Shown piece after piece: positions 1 to 8,411 of a DNA stretch of 64,000 nucleotides. The translations under genes were made by a program, and so were the position numbers. The notes under the pieces were generated by a model. The model was given only the letters and a program-made list of their open reading frames with translations, searched no databases and was not told the DNA's origin. This DNA comes from Bryobacterales bacterium (GTDB taxonomy: Bacteria > Acidobacteriota > Terriglobia > Bryobacterales > UBA6623), in NCBI GenBank assembly GCA_965217195.1, contig CBDCHL010000003.1, positions 1,437,260 to 1,501,259 on the forward strand, given 5' to 3'. Each line of letters begins with the position of its first letter. Position 1 is the stretch's first letter.

Positions 1-127
1 GTGTTGCTTGGGCAACAGGGCGGTAGCGAAGGTCGTCACAGTTCCACCCTGACAACGCAACGCCGGCCGCAAGCGCAAGAGCCACGAGCCTAATCCGCCG
101 CAACGTTTCCTGGGTAAGTGGAATCAT
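1..127 (-). CDS. hypothetical exported protein, N-terminal 42 codons only (gene runs off the left edge)
   Basis: ATG at 127 (minus) opens a frame that is still open at base 1: MIPLTQETLRRIRLVALALAAGVALSGWNCDD. The charged n-region plus hydrophobic core looks like a signal peptide. Too short to appear in the ORF track. Confidence 0.3.
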   Translation of the reverse strand, partial: MIPLTQETLRRIRLVALALAAGVALSGWNCDDLRYRPVAQAT

Positions 128-545
128 TCCCTGCGGCACCGCCGCTTCAGCCCGTACCACGGGTTCGCCTTTCCCGGAAACCCCTTTCCGATGATTTTCC
201 CCGTTATTCATATCCACCCTGGGAGAACGTGGTCACAATATAGCGCTAACGGCTTTCTTCATGGAAGCGCCGCGGGTGTAGGCGTGGCGGTGGAGCGCCG
301 CGAACCGCCGGGCGCGGCGACAATGGCTCCTCGATTGAGGGCATCACACGATGCCCCGCGGAGATGTCGCCACGAGTGGCGACACCCCACGCAGAGAGCA
401 GCGTAGACCATGGCTCGAAGAGACCTGCGGCTTGTCGCCGGTCCGCGAACTTGTCGGGCGCTCTCGACTAGTCTCACGGCCCACAGCCAACGCCTCCCTG
501 CTCACGGCTTCCGATTTTCGGCAATGCGTCGCCGAATCAATGCCG

Positions 546-896
546 GCCCGGGGCGCAAGCCCCATAAGCGCTAACGTAAGGACGACAAACTTTCTACCCA
601 TGGGTGGTGTCAGCGAACGGATTTTCCCCCGCGCCGGCCCTGGCCGGCGTCAGCCCCCGGGAGGGGGCGCGGGATAGTAGCCCCGGGTGAAGCGAAGCGA
701 AACCCGGGGTCGCATCCCCAACTAATGAAAAGCCCCGGATGGGGCGTAGGAAAGATCGTCCGATTCGACTGAGCCCCGGATTCATTTCCACGGTCGTCAG
801 TTTGCGGCACCCGGGGTGCATGATCTTAGCTGAAAATCCACGCACAAAAAGCTGAGCAATCCTTAAGTTAGCGATTATGGGGCGCAAGCCCCGGGC
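546..896. repeat. 35-bp inverted-repeat pair, each arm carrying a GGGGC-GCAA-GCCCC hairpin
   Basis: 546-580 gcccggggcgcaagccccataagcgctaacgtaag matches the reverse complement of 862-896 (cttaagttagcgattatggggcgcaagccccgggc) apart from the loop. A third partial copy (atagcgctaacgg) lies at 243-256. Confidence 0.6.
681..709. repeat. conserved hairpin motif CCCCGGGT-GAAGCGAAGCGAA-ACCCGGGG (copy 1)
   Basis: 8-bp stem with a 13-nt loop. A related copy at 20653-20681 has changed stem bases. Confidence 0.5.
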
Positions 897-1184
897 AGCT
901 CCCACAACCCCTCTACAAACTCTTCCTGAGGGTGACCGACCGTCAGAACGGTCGTTCGGGGCCCGGGGCGGGGCCAAGGAACCGGACGGCCGGCGGCCGG
1001 TTCCCCTCCCTCGGCCAACGTACCCCGGCGACACGTGAATCGGCGACACGGAAACCATCACGGCAACCCAAAATATATTTCTCCCCTAAATGCAGCAACT
1101 TACCGATTCCCCACCCCCGCTAAACCGGGGTACCGGCCGTATCCTACTACCGGGCAACCTGCCCGGAAATTGAGGTAAACATTC

Positions 1185-2033
1185 ATGGCAACCAATGCAC
1201 AAATCAATGCAAATCGCGAAAACGCAAAAAAATCTACCGGACCGCGTACACCCCAGGGCAAGGAGCGTTCATCCAAAAACGCTCTCAAGCACGGCCTGCT
1301 CGCCCTAGACTCCGTCATCCCCGGCGAAGACCCCGCCGATTTCGACCGGCACCTCACTCTTTACGAGGACACCTACAACCCCGCAAACTGCGTCGAAAGA
1401 GAACTCGTCCTCCAAATCGCCGACTCGGCGTGGAGAATGCGACGCCTCTCCCGTATCGAAGCCAGCGTCATGACCGCCGGGATCGAAAGGACCCGCGTTC
1501 ATCAACAAACATACCGCCCGGAGCGCATGCGGGAAGGACACGAAGGCAAGCTCCAACTGCTCGGCGCATCGATGTACGGCGGGACGAAATTCCTCAACGA
1601 CCTCGCCCGCTACGACGGCCACCTCAACCGCCGCCTCCACCGCGCCCTCGAGCTGATGATGAAAATCCGCAAGGAAGACCGAAAACTCCGCGAAGCGGAA
1701 AACAAAGATTCAACCAACAGAGACCGAGGCGTGGGCGGAAGTCCGCGCTCCTCCGGCGAGCCGGCTTGGGACGAAGTCATCGAAGATTACGGCCCGCGGG
1801 AAGACTACGGCCCGGTCAATCAGGCACAACCCACGCCAATCGCCGGGCGCAAAGGCCCCGCATCCGTGTCGAAGAGCGCTAGCGACCCCCGCCACGTCGC
1901 CCTGCGCGAAAAGCTACTGAACGAAGCCAATGCTTTAGTAAAGGCCTTGAAGAATAAGGAGTTCCCGGAGCCGGCCGACGAGAGCATCAGGCGCAAAGTA
2001 GAAGAAGGCCTGTCCTCAATCCCAAGCCGCTAG
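1185..2033 (+). CDS. conserved hypothetical protein (282 aa)
   Basis: GAGG RBS 9 nt upstream of the ATG. N-terminus MATNAQINANRENAKKSTGPRTPQGKERSSKNALKHGL resembles a widespread uncharacterised family in Acidobacteria and Planctomycetes (from memory). Coding-like codon usage. Confidence 0.7.
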   Translation: MATNAQINANRENAKKSTGPRTPQGKERSSKNALKHGLLALDSVIPGEDPADFDRHLTLYEDTYNPANCVERELVLQIADSAWRMRRLSRIEASVMTAGIERTRVHQQTYRPERMREGHEGKLQLLGASMYGGTKFLNDLARYDGHLNRRLHRALELMMKIRKEDRKLREAENKDSTNRDRGVGGSPRSSGEPAWDEVIEDYGPREDYGPVNQAQPTPIAGRKGPASVSKSASDPRHVALREKLLNEANALVKALKNKEFPEPADESIRRKVEEGLSSIPSR

Positions 2034-2376
2034 CCGGTCGGGTCTCACCAAACTGCCAAAGAAAGGAACCAACACCAACCGAAACCCGAACCAACTCCAG
2101 CCAAGCCTCACAAGAACCCAATCCTCGGCCAACCCCCCAAAACGCCGAGCCCAAAGTCCATCTCAAGGCCCGCCCGAATCTCATTCCGACAGCCCTCGAA
2201 AACAACACGACGCCGGAATCTCCACTATCCCAACCATGACGCCGCGAACGTTGCGGCGCCCCTCGGTCTCCTGGATGCCCGGTTCGTCTTGCCGCGACAG
2301 GGAAGCCAATGATGGAGAATAGACTCAGCCGGCAAACTTCCGGCAAACACCCCGTCGCAAAGGAGCCCTGACCATC

Positions 2377-3702
2377 GTGAAAACTGCGCCTGCAGGCACG
2401 CCGGACCAACTGTCCCGCGTTCGGATAGGTATCGTTTGTCTGATGTTCGGTCTGAGTGTCATCAGCTACTTTGACCGAACCATCATGTCGATTGCCGGCC
2501 CCGGGATCATGAAGGAATTTCAGCTCTCAGAAACCGGGATGGGGACGGTTTACTCGGCTTTCACCTTGGGCTATGCGTTGCTGATGATTCCCGGCGGGCG
2601 TTTCGCGGATCGCTTCGGCCCGCGTCGGGTGCTCACCTGGATGGCTCTAGGTTCCGCTCTATTCACTGCACTCACTCCACTGGGAGGCCGACCCGGGCTT
2701 GGCGCGTATTGGGGAGTTATCCCCTCGCTTATCATCATGCGTCTGGGGTTTGGATTCAGCACCGCTCCGCTTTATCCAACTTGCGGCAGGATGAACTTAA
2801 ACTGGATACCCCTGCAGCAGCGGGGTCGCGTCCAGGGCGTGGTGAACGCCGGATCCGGTTTCGGCGGCGCCGTCGCGCCGGTGCTGTTTGCCTGGATGAT
2901 CGCGTCCATTGGATGGCGCATTTCTTTCCTCGCGGCGGCGGCGGTGACGGCCGCGTTGGGGGCCACTTGGTTCTTCTATGCGCGCGACCGGCCTGGCGAG
3001 CATCCTTCAATAGGAGAGTCATTGGATGTCCCGCTTCCCGCAGTGGCCGATCGCGTCGAAACGCACAAGCCCACCCCCTGGAGAGCATTGCTGACCGACA
3101 AGAACTTAATCCTTCTCACGCTGGGATATTTCGCGGTTGGGTACTTCCAGTACATCTTTTTTTATTGGATGTATTATTATTTGGGCGAAATTCGCGGCCT
3201 GGAGTCGAGTGAAAGCGCGGTCTATACCACCACGCTGTTCCTGACGTTTGGAATCATGATGTCGATCGGCGGCTGGGTCTGCGACCGCATGGCGGCCCGC
3301 TTTGGACGTAAATTGGGCTTGCGGTTGGTCGGGGTAGCCGGGCTCGGCCTGAGCGCAGTTCTTCTGTACGCGGGCGCCAACACGAATGACACCCTGACAG
3401 CGGTCGCACTGATGTCTCTGGCGCTTGGGTGCTCCGGAGTTTCCGACGTCACATTCTGGGCTGCCACGATCGATGTCGCGGGTGAAGAAGTCGGGGCTGC
3501 GTGCGGCATCCTGAACGCCGGCGGAAATATCGGGGGTCTCATCGCGCCTGTCTCGACGCCCTATATCGCGGCACAAGCCGGATGGTCTTGGGGTTTGTAT
3601 TTCGGGAGCGCCGTGGCACTGTTGGGGTCTCTCACCTGGCTTGGCGTCGACTGCACCCGGACCATTGACGTGCCTGGAAAGGCCGGCGACAAACAAGGGT
3701 AG
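2377..3702 (+). CDS. MFS transporter (ACS/hexuronate-like subfamily)
   Basis: 441 aa with about 12 hydrophobic segments. MFS signature GGRFADRFGPRRV after TM2. GTG start preceded by aaaggag. Confidence 0.9.
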   Translation: MKTAPAGTPDQLSRVRIGIVCLMFGLSVISYFDRTIMSIAGPGIMKEFQLSETGMGTVYSAFTLGYALLMIPGGRFADRFGPRRVLTWMALGSALFTALTPLGGRPGLGAYWGVIPSLIIMRLGFGFSTAPLYPTCGRMNLNWIPLQQRGRVQGVVNAGSGFGGAVAPVLFAWMIASIGWRISFLAAAAVTAALGATWFFYARDRPGEHPSIGESLDVPLPAVADRVETHKPTPWRALLTDKNLILLTLGYFAVGYFQYIFFYWMYYYLGEIRGLESSESAVYTTTLFLTFGIMMSIGGWVCDRMAARFGRKLGLRLVGVAGLGLSAVLLYAGANTNDTLTAVALMSLALGCSGVSDVTFWAATIDVAGEEVGAACGILNAGGNIGGLIAPVSTPYIAAQAGWSWGLYFGSAVALLGSLTWLGVDCTRTIDVPGKAGDKQG

Positions 3703-3713
3703 AGATGGGGTGG

Positions 3714-3898
3714 TTAGCCCGCTTTTCTCACCACCTGCCGGTCGAAGCACGTGATAGGCCCGTCATTACTTCGTTACGGTTGCCTGCCGTGCTCACTGTA
3801 CTGTTCAAGTACACCTCCGCGCGCCAGGGCGGCCCGTGCCTCGTACTGACAGCCCTCTCACGCACTTCGCCTCGCCACGTGGTGAGAAAAGCGGGCTA
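3714..3898. repeat. 185-nt extended imperfect palindrome (MITE-like or hairpin RNA)
   Basis: Terminal 20-bp arms tagcccgcttttctcaccac (3715-3734) and gtggtgagaaaagcgggcta (3879-3898). The inner arms are about 70% complementary. Apex is gtact-gttca-agtac. Confidence 0.6.
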
Positions 3899-4128
3899 GA
3901 ACTTCGAGCTCACCGTCAGAGGGCGAAATAAATCTTAAACCCGGACATCTATAATTCCTCCCAGAGAAGGTAGCCATACGCCGAAGCCTTTATCTGTCGT
4001 TCATCGTTGCGTCCGCGGTTGCAGCGACTCTTGCAAGCGGGCACGACGTCGATTGGCAAGATTTCAAGTAGCCACATCCTTCACGCCGGCTAGGATATAC
4101 TGACTTCCCGCTTAAGGAGGAGGCTCCC

Positions 4129-5115
4129 ATGAAACGACGCGACTTCCTAAGAACGACTGTGCTGCCGGCCCTGGGCGCCTCGGGGCTGAGCAGCTCCCAG
4201 CTGGAGCAAGCCGCCGCGCAAGGCCGCAAGTTGCGCGCCATCCCGCCGGTTGAGGCGCCCGCGACCAAGCGCATCATCGACATGCACGTTCATGCCTGGT
4301 TCCAAGACGACAAACCCGACGAGCCCCGCTTTGCTCCCGTACTCAACAACAGCCGGCCGGATGCCACCTATCAAATCAACGCCGGCTGGGAACAGTTTCA
4401 ACACGACCTCGACGTGGTCCACAAAGGCTGTCTGCTGCATATAGCCCTCGGAGATTCGGGCAAGAAAGGCAACGATCGGATCGCCAAAATCACGAAGCGA
4501 TGGCCGGAGAAGCTGATCCCTTTCGGGTCAGTCAACCCGCTCTTCGCCGACGCCCTGGATGAGTTCAAGCGCGCGGTTGAGGTCCTCGGCATGAAGGGTT
4601 TTAAGCTAAGCCCGATCTACCAGGGCTTCCGTCCGATGGATCCCCGTGCTGTACGGATTTACGCGAAAGCCCAGGAATGGGGTATCCCGCTCATCTTTCA
4701 CACGGCCACGGCTCAAGCGGCGAACATCCCTTTGAAGTGGGCCGATCCGATACTGTTTGACGATGTCGCCCACGCCTTCCCGGAATTGAAAATCATCATG
4801 GCCCATCTTGGACACCCCTGGCAAAAGGAGTGCTTCGTCATGGCGCGCAAGCACCCCAACGTCTACCTGGAGCTATCGGGGAACTTCTACCGCTCGTGGA
4901 ACTTCTACCAGGCGATGTTGTTCGCCGTGGAATGGGGCCAAACCTACAAGATCCTGTTCGGCAGCGACTGGCCGATCACGACGCCGCGTGAGACGATCGA
5001 GGGCTTGAACAACGTGAATCAATTCGCCCAAGCAGGCCTGCCGAAAATCCCACAAGCAGTGATCGACAGCATCATCTACCGTGACTCCCTGGCGCTGCTG
5101 AATATTGAGACCTAA
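4129..5115 (+). CDS. amidohydrolase-family protein (PF04909-like) with Tat signal
   Basis: AGGAGG RBS. MKRRDFLRTTVLPALG twin-arginine leader. HVHAW metal motif near the N-terminus and an HxGHPW motif. Confidence 0.85.
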   Translation: MKRRDFLRTTVLPALGASGLSSSQLEQAAAQGRKLRAIPPVEAPATKRIIDMHVHAWFQDDKPDEPRFAPVLNNSRPDATYQINAGWEQFQHDLDVVHKGCLLHIALGDSGKKGNDRIAKITKRWPEKLIPFGSVNPLFADALDEFKRAVEVLGMKGFKLSPIYQGFRPMDPRAVRIYAKAQEWGIPLIFHTATAQAANIPLKWADPILFDDVAHAFPELKIIMAHLGHPWQKECFVMARKHPNVYLELSGNFYRSWNFYQAMLFAVEWGQTYKILFGSDWPITTPRETIEGLNNVNQFAQAGLPKIPQAVIDSIIYRDSLALLNIET

Positions 5116-5194
5116 GTGCATGCCGACCCTGAGTGGGTTGGTGCGACCACGACGCGTCGAGCAGTGCAAGGAACTCGTGAGGACAGGGTCTGGT

Positions 5195-6049
5195 CTATTC
5201 CGGCGGGCCGGCGCGGGAACCGGCTCGGCCGCTGAAGCGCCGGCGCATCTCTTGCATTTCCCCTTGATCGATGAAGCCATCGTTGTCGGCGTCCATCATC
5301 GGGAAGCGCTGTTGCATCCTCTCGGGGAGTTCGTCTTTGGCGATTTTGCCGTCTTCGTTGGCGTCGAAACGTTCGAAGAAGCCTCCAGGGCCGCCCGGGC
5401 CGCGAGCAAAACGTCCGGGGCGACGACGGCCGTCGTTTTGCTCGGCCGGCGGTGCGGCGCCGGCTTCGTCGATCTTGGTGGCTTGAATGTTGATCGAGAT
5501 ATCCACATCGTCGCCTAGGACCAAGCCACCGCCGTCGAGGGCACGATTCCAAACGATGCCGTAATGTTTCCGGTCGAGGGACACCGAGGCCTCGAAGCCC
5601 ACCTTGTGATTACCACGGTTATCGGTGATGGCCCCCAAAAAACCTACGGGGAGAGTGATCTCCTTTGAGACACCGTGCATGCGGAAGGTCCCCTTGATGT
5701 CGTAGGCGTTGTCGCCGGTCTTGACGACCGCGGAGCTTTCGAAGGTGATCTCGGGATACGTTTCCACTTCAAAAAAGCTGTCGCTGCGGAGATCCTCGTC
5801 GCGTTTGTCGTGATTGGTGTCAATGCTTGCGGCTTGGATGGACACGTTGACCGAGGAGGCCTCGGGCTTGTCGGGGTCGAAACGAATGAGTCCCTCGAAG
5901 TCGGAGAAGCCGCCGCGGACTTTCGTAAGCAAATGTCGGATCTCAAAGCTGACGACCGAGTGGACCTTGTCAATCTCGTACGTTTCGGCCGAAAGGGGAA
6001 GCAGAGCGAGCAGCGCGGAGAGCAGGAAAGGGGTGCACCTTCTCTTCAT
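5195..6049 (-). CDS. YceI-like periplasmic protein fused to a C-terminal EF-hand pair
   Basis: Start moved to ATG 6049 (AAGGAG RBS; MKRRCTPFLLSALLALLPLSA signal peptide). YceI-like core: YEIDKVHSVVSFEIRHLLTKVRGGF. Two canonical Ca loops: DANEDGKIAKDE and DADNDGFIDQGE. Confidence 0.85.
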   Translation of the reverse strand: MKRRCTPFLLSALLALLPLSAETYEIDKVHSVVSFEIRHLLTKVRGGFSDFEGLIRFDPDKPEASSVNVSIQAASIDTNHDKRDEDLRSDSFFEVETYPEITFESSAVVKTGDNAYDIKGTFRMHGVSKEITLPVGFLGAITDNRGNHKVGFEASVSLDRKHYGIVWNRALDGGGLVLGDDVDISINIQATKIDEAGAAPPAEQNDGRRRPGRFARGPGGPGGFFERFDANEDGKIAKDELPERMQQRFPMMDADNDGFIDQGEMQEMRRRFSGRAGSRAGPPE

Positions 6050-6374
6050 GACGGACTCCTTAGCGAGTGAGGCCGGATGGAGCCGACCACGTAGGCATTT
6101 TCGCATGCCCGCCAAGAACAGGTGGTGGGACGGCGGCGAACCGGGCCAAGTCTCCGTCTGCTTACCAACATACGAGGGCCGGTCTGTTCGCAATCCGAGC
6201 TCGGTCAACCGACGGCGAACCGGGCTGATTGTGGACTTCCGTCCACGCCTCGGTCTCGACGGCTCGCATTGCGGGAGGGACTCCCACGTTTATGGCGCGC
6301 GCCCGAGTCGTGCTGACGCCTTATACGGCTGTGCCATATTGAATTGACGGGCCGAGCCCCGCTCCCGATTCCTT

Positions 6375-7361
6375 ATGGACGAAGCCCTTGCACCTCCAGT
6401 TGAAAAGGCGGCCGACGGCATTTGGCTGATTCGGCTGCCGTTGCCTTGGCCGCTTGCGATTGTCAATGTTTACCTGCTTAAGCGGGATGACGGCTATGTG
6501 CTGATCGACACGGGCCTGAAGACCGAGGATTCGTTACAGGCGCTTGAAGAAGCATTGGGGCAGTTGGGGCTTGGGTGGGGGTCGATTCGGGAGATTGTGA
6601 TTAGTCACATGCACCCGGACCACGTTGGAGCGGCGGCGGAAATCCGACGGCGTTCGGGAGCCCCGGTTCGGATGCATCCGGTGGAAGCGGCGCTTGTGGC
6701 GCCGCGAAACGAGGGGGATTTTTTCGTAGCAGCCGAAACGTACCTAAGCACAAACGGTGTCCCGGAGGAGCACATCGCTGCGATGAAAAAGGGCGCCCGG
6801 GCCGCCTCGAACGATATGGAACGCTTTGTTCCGAATCTGGAAATCGCCGATGGCGACACAATCTCCTATCAGGGTGGGAGGTTTGACGTTCTTGTTACTC
6901 CGGGACACTCCCCGGCGTTGCTGAGTTTCTACAACTCCGACGCGAAGCTGCTGATTTCGACCGATGCTTTGTTGGAACGGATCACGCCGCACATCGGTAT
7001 CCACCCTTTTTACGGAGGAGACCCGTTATCGGAGTACCTGGAGTCGCTTAGGCGGCTGGGCGAGCTGGAAGTCGATCGAGTCTTACCTTCGCATGGCGAC
7101 CCTTTCGAGGCACACGCCGAACGCGTCGAAGCGGTAGAACAACACCACGAGCGGCGGCTCGACAAGATTCACGGCGTAGTGGACGGAAGCCGGTTGCACG
7201 CCTACGCGGTGGCGGGAGTCGTTTGGGGCGAGGAGCGGTCGCTGATTGATCGACGATTCGCTATGGCCGAGGCGCTTTCTCACCTGGAACACTTAAGGCG
7301 TCTGGGGCGAGTTGAACGCTTCGAACCTGACGGCGTCGCATACTGGTCGGCGAAATCGTAA
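6375..7361 (+). CDS. MBL-fold metallo-hydrolase
   Basis: HxHxDH motif SHMHPDHVG. 328 aa. Confidence 0.85.
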   Translation: MDEALAPPVEKAADGIWLIRLPLPWPLAIVNVYLLKRDDGYVLIDTGLKTEDSLQALEEALGQLGLGWGSIREIVISHMHPDHVGAAAEIRRRSGAPVRMHPVEAALVAPRNEGDFFVAAETYLSTNGVPEEHIAAMKKGARAASNDMERFVPNLEIADGDTISYQGGRFDVLVTPGHSPALLSFYNSDAKLLISTDALLERITPHIGIHPFYGGDPLSEYLESLRRLGELEVDRVLPSHGDPFEAHAERVEAVEQHHERRLDKIHGVVDGSRLHAYAVAGVVWGEERSLIDRRFAMAEALSHLEHLRRLGRVERFEPDGVAYWSAKS

Positions 7362-7443
7362 GAGGCGGTAGGCGGGGCAGGGCGATTGAGGATCAGCAAA
7401 GCGCCGGGATAAAGTCGTTCTACCTTTCGAGTAGGGGGAGGGC

Positions 7444-8244
7444 ATGCCTGATTTCAACCATTATGAGGTTTACGCTATTCGCTACGCCGAGGCGGCTGAG
7501 CGCACGCGCGGCGATTCCTTCATCTTTGACACGACCCACGATGTCCCCTACCCGTTGGACTATTTCATCTGGGTTGTCAGGAACGAGGAGCGGACGGTTC
7601 TGGTGGACACCGGATTCGACGCCGGCGAAGGAGCACGGCGAGATCGGCCGATCTTTTTGGAACCGGCCGAAGCGTTGGCCGAGATCGGCATTTCGCCCGA
7701 GAGCGTGGATCAGACTATCATCACGCACCTCCATTACGACCACGCGGGAGGCCTCGATCAATTTCCGAATGCCCGCTTCCATCTGCAAGAGGCGGAGATG
7801 ATCTACGCGACGGGTCCCTGCATGTGCCACGATCGGCTGCAGAAGCCTTTTACCGCGGAGCATGTCTGCCAAATGGTGCGGCGGGTTTATCAGGGCAAGG
7901 TGGTCTTTCATGACGGCGACGCGGAGATTGCGCCGGGCGTGAGCATCCATAAAGCGGGCGGGCATAGCCGGGGATTGCAGGTCGTTCGAGTGGAAACGGC
8001 CCATGGCCCGTTGGTTCTTGCATCGGACGCGGCGCATTTCTACGAGAACTATGAGGCTCGCAATCCGTTTCCGCTGGTCGTGGATGTGGAAGACATGCTC
8101 AAGGGGTACGATCTGCTGACGAAACTGGCGGGGGAGCGGCGGTTGGTGATTCCGGGGCATGATCCGCTGGTGAGGCAGCGGTTTCCGGCGGCCTTTGAGC
8201 AAGCCGGGGCGGATGTACGGCGGTTGGATTTGGGCGTGGTGTAG
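7444..8244 (+). CDS. MBL-fold hydrolase, N-acyl-homoserine-lactonase-like family
   Basis: GGGGAGGG RBS. ITHLHYDHAGG motif. N-terminus YEVYAIRYA is typical of the AttM/AiiB-like group (from memory). Confidence 0.8.
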   Translation: MPDFNHYEVYAIRYAEAAERTRGDSFIFDTTHDVPYPLDYFIWVVRNEERTVLVDTGFDAGEGARRDRPIFLEPAEALAEIGISPESVDQTIITHLHYDHAGGLDQFPNARFHLQEAEMIYATGPCMCHDRLQKPFTAEHVCQMVRRVYQGKVVFHDGDAEIAPGVSIHKAGGHSRGLQVVRVETAHGPLVLASDAAHFYENYEARNPFPLVVDVEDMLKGYDLLTKLAGERRLVIPGHDPLVRQRFPAAFEQAGADVRRLDLGVV

Positions 8245-8411
8245 CGTTTTGCCCCGGCGGCGGGCAAGGGATTTGTAGGCGAACGGCGGTGTCGGAGAAA
8301 GCCGCGGCTTCTTCGAGCCCCACCCTACGCAGCCGGCGACCGCGGTTATGGTCAACGGACACCTGCAACGAAATCCTTGACTCAAATGTTCCGGTGGTTT
8401 ATAAAGCGAGC

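Noticed and set aside
344-1061. ORFs 344..601, 594..1061 and 610..810 (minus), plus the plus-strand ORFs in the first kilobase.
   Set aside because: They translate hairpin and repeat sequences (…HPGLLSRAPSRG…, …GCDPGFRFASPGAT…), have no RBS and show no coding periodicity by eye. I treated them as a non-coding repeat region.
7420-8385. 321-aa minus-strand ORF overlapping the MBL-fold lactonase-like gene. Similar long antisense ORFs occur at 35999..37093, 25160..26098, 41167..42105, 22632..23480, 17695..18513 and 30524..31225.
   Set aside because: Each lies antisense to a gene with clear family motifs. The translations are Arg/Pro/His-rich with no motifs. These are the typical shadow ORFs of high-GC DNA.
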